DNA from: an uncultured Gemmatimonadaceae bacterium
GTDB lineage: Bacteria > Gemmatimonadota > Gemmatimonadetes > Gemmatimonadales > Gemmatimonadaceae
Reading direction: 5' to 3'
NCBI GenBank assembly: GCA_963740355.1
Contig: CAVUDW010000003.1
Span: 2,208,001-2,272,000 of the forward strand
Length of the DNA stretch: 64,000 bases
Shown: in pieces, positions 40,983 through 50,029 of the stretch
Numbering within the stretch: the stretch's first letter is position 1
Layout of the letters: each line of letters opens with the position of its first letter
Notes under the pieces: model-generated
The model's input: the letters and a program-made list of their open reading frames with translations, nothing else
Told to the model about the DNA's origin: nothing
The model's database searches: none
Translations under genes and position numbers: made by a program

Positions 40983-42325
40983 TGTCGACCGGTTGGCTTC
41001 GTCAGCGACTCGAGGAATGGGGTGACGCTCCAGCCCTCGTCTGGAACGACACCACATTGTCGTACGCATCGCTGCTGCGGCAGTCGGATACGTGGAAGAC
41101 GGAGCTGATCGCTCGCGGGGTCCGTGCCGGCGATGTAGTGATGATCGAAGGAAGCTTTTCGCCCAACACCGTCTCGGCGTTGCTGGCCCTGATCGAGCTG
41201 CGCGCCATCAGCGTGCCGCTCACGCCGCTGATGGCCGTGCACCGCGAGAAGTTCGCCGCCATAGCCGAGACGCAGCATGAACTCTCGGTGGCGGATGACG
41301 ACTCCTGGACCTTCGTGTCGACGGCCCGTGAGGTCACCCACAGCCTCAGCAAGCGCCTGATCGAGAGCGGACACCCGGGGCTGGTGATCTTCTCGTCAGG
41401 CTCGAGTGGGGCTCACAAGGCGATCCTGCACGACGCGGATGCCTTGCTGCAGAAGTTCGTCACGCCGCGTGAGCGGAAGGTGACACTCACGTTCCTGCTG
41501 TTCGACCACATCGGTGGGATCGATACCCTGTTCGGCACCTTCTGCAGCGGCGGCACGGTCGTCACGACGCCGTCGCGTGACCCCGATACCGTCTGTCGAA
41601 CCATTGCGGCGTATCAGGTGCACACGCTGCCGACGTCGCCGACGTTCCTGAACCTGATGCTGATCTCGGGGGCCTGTCGTGCCCACGACCTGTCCTCCCT
41701 GCGGGTGATTGCCTACGGCACCGAACCGATGCCGGCGCTGACGTTGCGCCTGTTGCGCGAGGCCCTGCCGGATGTCCGAATGGTGCAGACCTTCGGCATG
41801 TCGGAGACGGGCGTGCTGCGCACCAGGTCGCGCGACTCGGGATCGGTGTGGGTGAAGTTCACGGGCGACGGGTACGAACACAAAATCGTGGACGGCGTGC
41901 TGTGGGTGCGAAGCCCAAGCGCGATGCTGGGGTACCTCAATGCCCCCGACCTGTTCGACGGTGAAGGCTGGCTCAATACACAGGACGCCGTCGAGGTGGA
42001 TGGCGACTACCTGCGCATTCTCGGTCGCGTCACGGACCTGATCAACGTCGGCGGGCAGAAGGTCTACCCGATCGAGGTCGAGAACGTGCTGATGCAGATG
42101 GAGAATGTGCGTGACGTGGCGGCCTATGGCGAGCCGAGTCCGCTCACGGGCCATTTCGTGGCCGCGCGATTCACGTTGAACACACCAGAGCCACTGCCGG
42201 AATTCAAGCGGCGCATGCGGGCATTCTGCCGCGAGCGCCTGGCAGGCTACCAGATTCCAGTGCGCATCGAGATCGTCGACGGCGACCTGTCGGGCGCACG
42301 CTTCAAGAAGATGCGTCGTGCCTGA
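40982..42325 (+). CDS. ANL-family adenylating enzyme (acyl-CoA/ACP ligase)
   Basis: FSSGSSGAHK, TFGMSETG, TQD, GRVTDLINVGGQKV and terminal RFKK; TGATG coupling. Confidence 0.88.
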   Translation: MSTGWLRQRLEEWGDAPALVWNDTTLSYASLLRQSDTWKTELIARGVRAGDVVMIEGSFSPNTVSALLALIELRAISVPLTPLMAVHREKFAAIAETQHELSVADDDSWTFVSTAREVTHSLSKRLIESGHPGLVIFSSGSSGAHKAILHDADALLQKFVTPRERKVTLTFLLFDHIGGIDTLFGTFCSGGTVVTTPSRDPDTVCRTIAAYQVHTLPTSPTFLNLMLISGACRAHDLSSLRVIAYGTEPMPALTLRLLREALPDVRMVQTFGMSETGVLRTRSRDSGSVWVKFTGDGYEHKIVDGVLWVRSPSAMLGYLNAPDLFDGEGWLNTQDAVEVDGDYLRILGRVTDLINVGGQKVYPIEVENVLMQMENVRDVAAYGEPSPLTGHFVAARFTLNTPEPLPEFKRRMRAFCRERLAGYQIPVRIEIVDGDLSGARFKKMRRA

Positions 42326-42971
42326 GACCGAGAGCGAACCGACCCCGGACATCGAGCCGACCTCCGCACGCTTGCAGCGAATCGTGCGAGAGGAAACAGG
42401 CGGCCTGCATCCGAAGCTGATTCTGCTGCACCTGCTCGAGCTCTTCCTGCCGAAGCGTGGCGCGGCGCGACACCGTGCCAGCCTGCTGCGCCTGGTCGGC
42501 TTCGTGATTGGCATCGGAACCGACGTCATCGCGATGCCTCGGATTACGGGTAGCCGCGCCGGTGATCATGGCCCGGACAGCCGCGGCCTCTTCACGAACC
42601 TGGATGTCGGTCGCGATGTCACCATCGATCGCGAAGTCGTGCTCGATCTCGAGGACAAGGTCACGATTGGTGATGGTGCGCACATCGGTCCGCAGGTCAT
42701 GATCCTCACCAGCACGCATGACCTTGGGCCCCGTGAGAAGCGCGCCGGTCCCGTCACGCGCAGCCCGGTGGTGATTGGTGACGGTGCCTGGATCGGTGCG
42801 CGCACACTCATCCTTCCCGGTATCACGATCGGTGCCGGTGCGATCGTGAATCCGGGTGCCGTGGTGAACAAGGACGTCGCACCGAACACGCGCGTGGCTG
42901 GTACGCCGGCGCGAAAAATCGAGATGCTGGAACCCGACGGCGACGATAGCGACTCCATCGCCGTCGCATGA
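42318..42971 (+). CDS. Hexapeptide-repeat acyltransferase (second paralog)
   Basis: LTSTH, IGDGAWIGARTLILPGITIGAGAIV and AGTPAR motifs. Confidence 0.88.
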   Translation: MPETESEPTPDIEPTSARLQRIVREETGGLHPKLILLHLLELFLPKRGAARHRASLLRLVGFVIGIGTDVIAMPRITGSRAGDHGPDSRGLFTNLDVGRDVTIDREVVLDLEDKVTIGDGAHIGPQVMILTSTHDLGPREKRAGPVTRSPVVIGDGAWIGARTLILPGITIGAGAIVNPGAVVNKDVAPNTRVAGTPARKIEMLEPDGDDSDSIAVA

Positions 42972-43828
42972 GTTCGAGTTCACTGGTGTGGCGTTGGGTG
43001 GGCATCGCAGCGACCGTCATCGTCCTCGGTGCCGTGGCACTGGTGGTACGGATGTCGGGCCGCAATCGCCTGCGATTCGAATACGCCACCGGTTCGCTTG
43101 GCGCCGATGCCTACGCTGCGCTCGCCGCGCATTCCGGCTGGAAGCAGTGGACCGCTGCGGTTGGTGATGGCGTGATGTTGAATGGCCTCGTGCGACGCCC
43201 TGTCGCCCCCGACGCACCGTGGATCCTGTTCTTCCCTGGCAACGATGCCACGCAACTGGCGACCGGCCAGCGCGCCATCGAGCAAATCATCGGCACCGAG
43301 GACTGGGGTGCCGCCGTCATTTCCTATCGCGGTTTCGATGGATCGGGCGGCGTACCGGAAGTGGAAGCCCTTCGTCGCGACGGCAATGCCGTCCTGGCCT
43401 CGTTGCTGGCGTCGGAGCAGCTCAATCCGAAGCGCGTCCACCTGGTAGCGTTTTCGATTGGCGGCCATATCGCCTCCTTCGTGGCGGCAGAGCAGGGACG
43501 CCGCGGCCTGCCGCTCGCCTCGCTCTCACTGTTGGCGAGTGTCGATGACATCGTGATGCTGCGACACTCGCCATTCGTGGGATTCTCCGCCGGCGATGCC
43601 TATCAGACCCGTCCCCTGCTCCGCGACATTCCCGCACCGGTGTTGGTGGTCCAGGGTGCGAACGATGAGGCGCTCGGTGGGCCAGGCCAGGGCCGCGCCA
43701 TCGCGGCCGCGCTGGGCAAGCGTGCCGAGTACATCGAGCTCCCTGGCGTCGGCCACGCCGCGCTGTTGTCGAACGAGATCGCGCTGATGCGCGTGCACAA
43801 CTTCATCGCCGCGCGTCAGTTGCGCTGA
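42968..43828 (+). CDS. Membrane-anchored alpha/beta hydrolase
   Basis: N-terminal hydrophobic helix, FFPGN, YRGFDGS, AFSIG nucleophile elbow, QGANDE and GH. Confidence 0.8.
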   Translation: MSSSSLVWRWVGIAATVIVLGAVALVVRMSGRNRLRFEYATGSLGADAYAALAAHSGWKQWTAAVGDGVMLNGLVRRPVAPDAPWILFFPGNDATQLATGQRAIEQIIGTEDWGAAVISYRGFDGSGGVPEVEALRRDGNAVLASLLASEQLNPKRVHLVAFSIGGHIASFVAAEQGRRGLPLASLSLLASVDDIVMLRHSPFVGFSAGDAYQTRPLLRDIPAPVLVVQGANDEALGGPGQGRAIAAALGKRAEYIELPGVGHAALLSNEIALMRVHNFIAARQLR

Positions 43829-43863
43829 CCACGAGCGACTCGGCTCGTCAATGCGCCGCGTCG

Positions 43864-44775
43864 CTACTTCGTCAGCTGGGCTGTCAGCTGTTGCAGCGCC
43901 ACTTTCCACGCCAGCGGCTGCCCCGGCAGCTCGTCGCGTCGACGCGTCCGGATCTCCGTCAGGTCATCGTCGCGCAGGAGCTCCTCTGCACCAACGGCGC
44001 TGACCAGCAGGCGTGTGCGCTTGGCATACAGCCCTTCGGCACCGATGCGAATGGCCTTGCCGTCGCGACCAACCAACGCGCCGGTGATCTGCACCACGGC
44101 CACCGGTGTCTCGAGCGACGTGAGCCACGGCAGTTCAACCGTGTTGTTCGTGCCCAGCTCCACCTGCTTGCGCCCAAGGATCCCACGCTGCTTCGGCAGG
44201 TAGTTGCCGAGTTCCAGCGTGAACACCAGAGCCGTCGAAACGTTGTTGGCGGCCATCGTCGTACCCGCCCACTCGATCCATGCCGCGGATGGTCGGCCCA
44301 CCGAGAGGTGCATCCGCTGGTCACCACGACCGAGCGCACTGTCGCCTCGGGCGATGCAGTCCTCACCCGGCAGGTTGCCCTCCGTCCGACAGCCGAAGCG
44401 CACGTCAGGTGGGATCCCCAGCGACGTCGGCGCAACCGCACTGACCCGCGACCCGTCGATGAGGCGAATGGTGACGTCGCCGGACGCCGTACGAAGCGAA
44501 TCGAGATAGGTGTTCATCTCGAGCAGCAGCTTCGCGATCGGCGTATCCGGCCCCCAGCGCGGGTCGAACATCGCGGGCTGGGACGCGCCGGGCTGGTATT
44601 GGATCGGCAGGATGCCGATGCGCGCACCAGCCGCTGCCGGCGGAACGACGCGAGCCCCGGCGTAATACGGCGGCTGTTTCGGGAACGCGTCGCCGACGCC
44701 ACTGCCGAAGGTGGCGCCAGTGGTGGCACAGCCGGTGCTGAGCAACAAGACCGCGGGAAGAATGCGAGCAAACAT
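43864..44775 (-). CDS. Hypothetical lipoprotein
   Basis: MFARILPAVLLLSTGC lipobox-like signal. Confidence 0.75.
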   Translation of the reverse strand: MFARILPAVLLLSTGCATTGATFGSGVGDAFPKQPPYYAGARVVPPAAAGARIGILPIQYQPGASQPAMFDPRWGPDTPIAKLLLEMNTYLDSLRTASGDVTIRLIDGSRVSAVAPTSLGIPPDVRFGCRTEGNLPGEDCIARGDSALGRGDQRMHLSVGRPSAAWIEWAGTTMAANNVSTALVFTLELGNYLPKQRGILGRKQVELGTNNTVELPWLTSLETPVAVVQITGALVGRDGKAIRIGAEGLYAKRTRLLVSAVGAEELLRDDDLTEIRTRRRDELPGQPLAWKVALQQLTAQLTK

Positions 44776-44851
44776 GGATGATTTTCCGACAAATGTTGGT
44801 TTCGACGAACCGTGACGCATCAAGCGTCGGTCGCGCTGCTTAGGGCCGCGA

Positions 44852-47815
44852 TTAAACCGCCGAGCCAGAGCGCACACGATCGATGAGCATCGCCGTGTCA
44901 CGCTCCGGCTCAGCCTCCATCTCTCGCGCCAGCTCGTCCTTGAATCGCTCGAACTGCCGCAACGCATCTGCGCGCCGACCATCGCGCACCAATGCCACCA
45001 TCAGCTGTCGCACTGCGGGTTCGTTGAGCGAGTCCGCGTCAAGGACACTGCGCCAGGCATCGACGGCCGCTGCGTGATCCCCTGCTGCAGTGTGCAATTC
45101 GGCGAGGGCCGCGATGGCATCCGAATACAGGCGAGCGAGGCGGTCGCGCGTCGCGAGATGCCAATCCCCGACCGATTCCTCATCGAGAAATCCACCGCGG
45201 TAGAGCGCACGTGCCTGCTCCAGCTCGCGCCTGGCCGCTTCGTGATCGCCAGCGGCCTTGATGCGTTTCAGTGCGCGCTGCGCCAGCTCCTCGAACTGCA
45301 TGGCATCGAACTCCACACCAGCGTCGAAGTCCACACGATATCGATCACGCTCATACCGAATCACGTCCGCACGCCCGATGGCCTTGCGCAGGTGATGGAG
45401 CGTGACGTGAAAGTTGTTCTTCACCTGCGCGGCAGAGACATCGGGCCAGAACTCCAGTCCGATCTGCTCACGCGTCCGACCCTCGCGATGCGCAAGCAGG
45501 TACAGGAGGAGCTCACGCGGGCGGGCGTAGCTCCACGCGTCCGTCGACAGCAGCACTCCAGTGCGCAGAATTTCCAGCGGTCCCAATGCGCGAACGACGA
45601 GGTGCGGCGTGGCTGCGGCAGGCGCGGGTAGCTCTCCTGTACGCCGCTCGTCCGAGGGCGCAGCCAGGTCGGACCGCGCGCCCGATTCGGCACCATCCGA
45701 CGCATCATCCAACGCACCGTTCAACGCACGGCCTGACGCACCGTCAGACACATCATCCAACGGGCCATCCAGACCAAGCAACGTGGCGTCGGCAAGGGAC
45801 AGCGCGCGACCGGCATCCCACGCCGCGGCGAACGCCTCGGCGGACATGAGCACGCGCAACTGCTGCGGGCCCTCGTTCACTGACTTCCGCTCCTGCGTCA
45901 GTGAGCGCGCACCGATCGCCTCGTACAGCGCATCCGCCGCACCGTAGAGCGTCGCCGCGCGCGCATGGTCCCCTCTCTGCAGCGAGATGGCACCGAGGAT
46001 GCGCAAGCTGCGACCGGCGAGCCATCGGTTTTCGACCTCTGGAGTTCCGCGCAATGACGCGCGCGCGAGCGACGTGGCCGCCGCCGTATCGCCAAGCTGC
46101 AAGGCGGTGAAGGCGCGCGCATCGAGCACGTAGGCGGTACCGATGTCGTACCCAACGCTCCGGTACGTGCGCTCGGCCTCACGCAACAGCGCTGCGGCTC
46201 GAGCCCACTGCTCTTCCCACAGCAGCACCGGCACCATCGCGTGTGCCACAGCCAGGGCCGCGTGCCACGGATCCGGCACCTCGCGTGCGACAGCGACTGC
46301 CGTCTCGGCGTGCGTACGCGCATCCACAGGGTCGCGACGCAGGCTCGCCTCGATCGTGCGCACGACCAACGTGAAGCCGAGCCACTGTCTGTTGCCCACC
46401 TGCCGCCAAATCGCATCAGCCTCCGTCAGGCGGTCGCGGCTCTGCGGATCGGCGACATAGAGCCCGTACAACCCAAGGCCGTGAAGGGCGGCAGCGCGTA
46501 GTTCGGGCGGCGGTGCCACAGCCCCAGCAAGCGCTGACTCGAAGTGCCGGTAGCCTTCGCGCCACAGCTGCCGGTGAAACCAGTACCACATCAGCGCCCA
46601 ACACAGCGGGAGTCCGTACCGCGAACCCTCATGACTCGCGTGACTCCACTCGAGCGCCGCAATCATGTTGTCATGCTCGATGTCCATCTGTCGCAATCGG
46701 TTCGCTCGACCCAGCAACAATTCTGGCTCCGCCTCACGCGCCTGCGCGAGGAAGTAGCTCGCGTGCTGCGCCTCGATCGGTGTCGAGTCGAGCCGTTCAC
46801 TGCGCCGGGCCTGCGCGTACTCGCGAATGGTCTCGAGGAGGCGATAGCGCGCGCGCCCCTGCTCTTCCTGCATCGCGACCAGCGACCGCGTCGTAAGTGC
46901 TGCCAGCAGGTCCAGCACGTCTGCCCCTGGAATCGCGCCGCCCGCGCAGACCTGCTCGGCCGCATCGAGCGTGAATCCACTGGCGAAGATCGAGAGCCGC
47001 TCGAGGAGCAGGCGCTCCGTCTCCGAGAGCATGCTATACGACCAGTCCACCGCCGCCCGCAGCGTGCGATGCCGTGGCAGTGTGGTGCGATGACCGCTCA
47101 CGAGCAGGCTGAATCGATCGCCAAGCCGTTCCGCGATCTGCTGCGGCGTCAGCACATTGGCGCGTGCCGCGGCCAGTTCGATGGCCAGTGGCAGGCCATC
47201 CAGCCGACGACAGATCTGGATGACGGGCGCCACCTGCGTGGCCGTCAACGTGAAGGACGGAACGACGTCCTGCGCCCGCTCGACGAAGAGCCGGACCGCC
47301 TCGGACGCCATCGCGTCTGCCGGCGTTGGAACTTCGTCACCAGGTGGAAGCGAGAGCGCTGGCACCAACCACGACCGCTCACCGGCGACCCCCAGTGCCT
47401 CGCGACTCGTCGCCAGCACACGCAGCGCATCACACCCCTGCAGCAGGAGGTCGACGACTCGGGCGCACTCCTCGACCACATGCTCGCAGTTGTCCAACAC
47501 CAGCAACAGCGTGCGATCACGCAGTGCCGCAACCAGCGCGCGCTCGGCAGACGCACCTCCCTCCGCACGTACGCCGAGTGCGAGGGAGAGATGCGCGGTG
47601 AGGGAGCTGGCATCACTCAGCGAGGCCAATTCGACCCACAGGACTTCGATGCCATCACGCTCTACGATTTCCGAGACGGCGGCCAGCGCCAGCCGCGTCT
47701 TGCCGCTGCCACCGGCACCGGTGAGGGTCAGCAGACGTGATAACGGAAGCAGGCGGCGCAGCGCCGCGAGCTCATTCTCGCGTCCGACGAATCCTGTGAG
47801 TTGGACAGGAAGCAT
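44852..47815 (-). CDS. STAND-type ATPase/TPR regulator with C-terminal HTH + BTAD (AfsR/SARP-related, reversed order)
   Basis: FVGRE, GAGGSGKT, LLVLDNCEH, ATSRE, LDGLPLAIELAAA; C-terminal ALGPLEI...ELLLYL...WPD...LHHLRK and ALYRGGFL...E...LM..L...GRRADAL. Confidence 0.88.
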   Translation of the reverse strand: MLPVQLTGFVGRENELAALRRLLPLSRLLTLTGAGGSGKTRLALAAVSEIVERDGIEVLWVELASLSDASSLTAHLSLALGVRAEGGASAERALVAALRDRTLLLVLDNCEHVVEECARVVDLLLQGCDALRVLATSREALGVAGERSWLVPALSLPPGDEVPTPADAMASEAVRLFVERAQDVVPSFTLTATQVAPVIQICRRLDGLPLAIELAAARANVLTPQQIAERLGDRFSLLVSGHRTTLPRHRTLRAAVDWSYSMLSETERLLLERLSIFASGFTLDAAEQVCAGGAIPGADVLDLLAALTTRSLVAMQEEQGRARYRLLETIREYAQARRSERLDSTPIEAQHASYFLAQAREAEPELLLGRANRLRQMDIEHDNMIAALEWSHASHEGSRYGLPLCWALMWYWFHRQLWREGYRHFESALAGAVAPPPELRAAALHGLGLYGLYVADPQSRDRLTEADAIWRQVGNRQWLGFTLVVRTIEASLRRDPVDARTHAETAVAVAREVPDPWHAALAVAHAMVPVLLWEEQWARAAALLREAERTYRSVGYDIGTAYVLDARAFTALQLGDTAAATSLARASLRGTPEVENRWLAGRSLRILGAISLQRGDHARAATLYGAADALYEAIGARSLTQERKSVNEGPQQLRVLMSAEAFAAAWDAGRALSLADATLLGLDGPLDDVSDGASGRALNGALDDASDGAESGARSDLAAPSDERRTGELPAPAAATPHLVVRALGPLEILRTGVLLSTDAWSYARPRELLLYLLAHREGRTREQIGLEFWPDVSAAQVKNNFHVTLHHLRKAIGRADVIRYERDRYRVDFDAGVEFDAMQFEELAQRALKRIKAAGDHEAARRELEQARALYRGGFLDEESVGDWHLATRDRLARLYSDAIAALAELHTAAGDHAAAVDAWRSVLDADSLNEPAVRQLMVALVRDGRRADALRQFERFKDELAREMEAEPERDTAMLIDRVRSGSAV
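45690..45773. repeat. Degenerate 12-bp tandem repeat (7 units) in the regulator linker
   Basis: gcaccatccgac gcatcatccaac gcaccgttcaac gcacggcctgac gcaccgtcagac acatcatccaac gggccatccaga. Confidence 0.8.
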
Positions 47816-47876
47816 CGCAGTTCTGGTCGGCGTGACGGTGAAGATCGACAGATGGTCTCATCGGCAGCGCCGGGTG

Positions 47877-48389
47877 TCAACCGTCGGCGGTCGCAGGGTC
47901 GGAGAGCGGGTAATGTGACAGGAACGGCCCCACCGTTCCCCACTCCGCAGTGTCGATGAATACGACGCCCGACGCATGGGTCGAATCACCCAGCGGCGCG
48001 ATTGGGCCACCGCTCTGCAGGCGTGCTCCGACGCATACGACCACACCGAGACGGGCGTCGCGCAACGAGACGAATCGCGCCAGTTCCTCCCCGAACGCCG
48101 CCGAAGCCACGACATGTGCGCGAGTGATACCCACGCCGTCGAGAAAGCCCGACAACCATCGGGAGAAGGCGGATTCTGGTTCCACGCCACAAGCGGCCAG
48201 CGCAGTGAGCGAGAGCTGTTCGGGAACGAAGACGCGAAACCCCGATCCCGTGAGCGCCGCGATCGCCGCGTCGGCCTCGATGCCCGACCAATCCAGACCG
48301 AGGAGCACGACCGACGGGCCATGTCCGGCCCGTCGGTAGCTGGTCTCCACATTCCCCGCCGACGCGATCGCCCGCATCGGCGTGGTCAT
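47877..48389 (-). CDS. Hypothetical protein, truncated alpha/beta-hydrolase-like
   Basis: ATGA overlap with the upstream gene; YRRAGHGPSVVLL and FLDGVGITRAHVV, but no GxSxG. Confidence 0.6.
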   Translation of the reverse strand: MTTPMRAIASAGNVETSYRRAGHGPSVVLLGLDWSGIEADAAIAALTGSGFRVFVPEQLSLTALAACGVEPESAFSRWLSGFLDGVGITRAHVVASAAFGEELARFVSLRDARLGVVVCVGARLQSGGPIAPLGDSTHASGVVFIDTAEWGTVGPFLSHYPLSDPATADG

Positions 48390-49894
48390 GGCGCGCGAAG
48401 CCAGGTCGGATTCGCCTTCGCGTTCCCGGTCGACGTCCGCCGCGTCATCCCGGAACCATCCGCGCGGACCACGTAGATCTGCTCGAAGTAGTTCATGTTC
48501 GCGTCCGGCTCATGCTTCGACGTGAACGCGACGAACCGGCCGTCCGGCGACCAGGCTGGGCTCAACTGCTCTCCGGCGAGCGTCACGGGCAGCAAGGCAT
48601 GCTCATCGCCGGTGATGCGGTTGAACACCCACAACTCACCGTCCAGCGTGCCGCCGCTCCGCGTGTACAGCAGGCGCGTACCATCAGGTGACCAGGTCGG
48701 CTCGCGATCGACATACTCGCGCTTTTCCGTGAACGACACACGGTTCGTCCCCGTCGCACGAATCGACTCGATGTTCGAGTAGAGGTATCCGTTCACCAGC
48801 TCCTCTTCGACGTACATGATCCGCCAGTGGCCCATTTCAGCGTTCGGCGACCAGGATGGCTGACTTTGCGGAAGCGCATCCGCCGTGACATTGCGCTGCC
48901 CGGTGCCGTCCGGCCGCATCACCCAGATATCAGCGGGGTTGAACGGTCCCGGGGGACCACCTTGGTTCCAGCGGCGGAACGCGATCGAGGTGCCATCCGG
49001 ACTCCACGCGGGCTGGTCCTCATACATCGTCGTCTCCGACGTCAGCGCCCGGAGCCCCGCGCCGTAGCGATCAGCGACACAGATCGCCGGCCCGTTTTCG
49101 TTGCAGGTGAACGCGATCTGCGAGCCATCAGGAGACACGCTCGCTTCCCAGGTGCCAGCCGTGCCGAACAGCGACACCGGTGACGCCGAGGGCACGCGTG
49201 GGTCGATCTGGAAGATCCGTGGCAGTGGCTCAGCCGCGTACATGTCGAAGAGCAAGTCGCCGGCATACGGCGGCGTGACGGTGATCGACGACGTGGCAAC
49301 CAGTGCCGCGTGATTGGCGACGATGCGCGTCGACCCCTCGCTCACCGCCGTCACTTCGCCATCCGCCGACACGGTGGCAATCGCCGGATTCTCCGACGAC
49401 CAGGCGATGAACCGGCCGGGGAGTTCAGTCCCTGTCGCATCGCGCACCACCGCCCGCAGCGTCACCCGCTCGCCTTCCTTCCGGGTGAACTGCACGATGT
49501 CGAGTTGAAGCGTGGCAGCGGCAATCGGTGAGATGAGCAACCGCACCTGGGCGGACACTCCCTCGCTGGTGGCGCGCAGGGTGACCGCCCCCTCGAGGTG
49601 CGCGGTCACAGTGCCATCATTGAGGATGCTCGCCAGCGACGGGTCATCCGAGACCCAGCTGACGGGCCGATCGGTCAACGGCGCGCCGGTTGCGGACACC
49701 GGCGTCGCGCTGAGTCGAAGCGACTGCCCGACGGTGAGCGTCGGCTGCGTCGGCATGAGGCGGACGGCAGCCACCGCCACGACCTCGACGGCGGTCGTAT
49801 CGTTACAGCCGAGTGGGGAGAGGAGCAGCCCCGCAAACAGCGAGAGCCGCTGCAACGAGCGGAATTTTCGAGGCATGGAGACCTTCACGTGCAA
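48386..49894 (-). CDS. Lipoprotein with two BIG2 Ig-like domains and TolB/PD40 repeats
   Basis: PLGC lipobox; WVSDDPSLA and WSSENPAIATV; repeated PxWSPDG; start may be 49876. Confidence 0.85.
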   Translation of the reverse strand: MHVKVSMPRKFRSLQRLSLFAGLLLSPLGCNDTTAVEVVAVAAVRLMPTQPTLTVGQSLRLSATPVSATGAPLTDRPVSWVSDDPSLASILNDGTVTAHLEGAVTLRATSEGVSAQVRLLISPIAAATLQLDIVQFTRKEGERVTLRAVVRDATGTELPGRFIAWSSENPAIATVSADGEVTAVSEGSTRIVANHAALVATSSITVTPPYAGDLLFDMYAAEPLPRIFQIDPRVPSASPVSLFGTAGTWEASVSPDGSQIAFTCNENGPAICVADRYGAGLRALTSETTMYEDQPAWSPDGTSIAFRRWNQGGPPGPFNPADIWVMRPDGTGQRNVTADALPQSQPSWSPNAEMGHWRIMYVEEELVNGYLYSNIESIRATGTNRVSFTEKREYVDREPTWSPDGTRLLYTRSGGTLDGELWVFNRITGDEHALLPVTLAGEQLSPAWSPDGRFVAFTSKHEPDANMNYFEQIYVVRADGSGMTRRTSTGNAKANPTWLRAP

Positions 49895-50029
49895 AGGGTG
49901 ACAGTGCTCGACCGCGACCGTTCGTCGGTCGGCACACTGACAACCTCTGCCCCGTCACTTAAGGCTCCGCTTAAGCGCCCCGCCCGGCCCGCTTAACCCT
50001 GCGTCGCGACGGTAGCTCCCCCCGCCCGA

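Noticed and set aside
44819..44856. Weak TAA-like boxes upstream of the lipoprotein as a second regulator site
   Set aside because: Degenerate, differently spaced, and one box is simply the stop codon.
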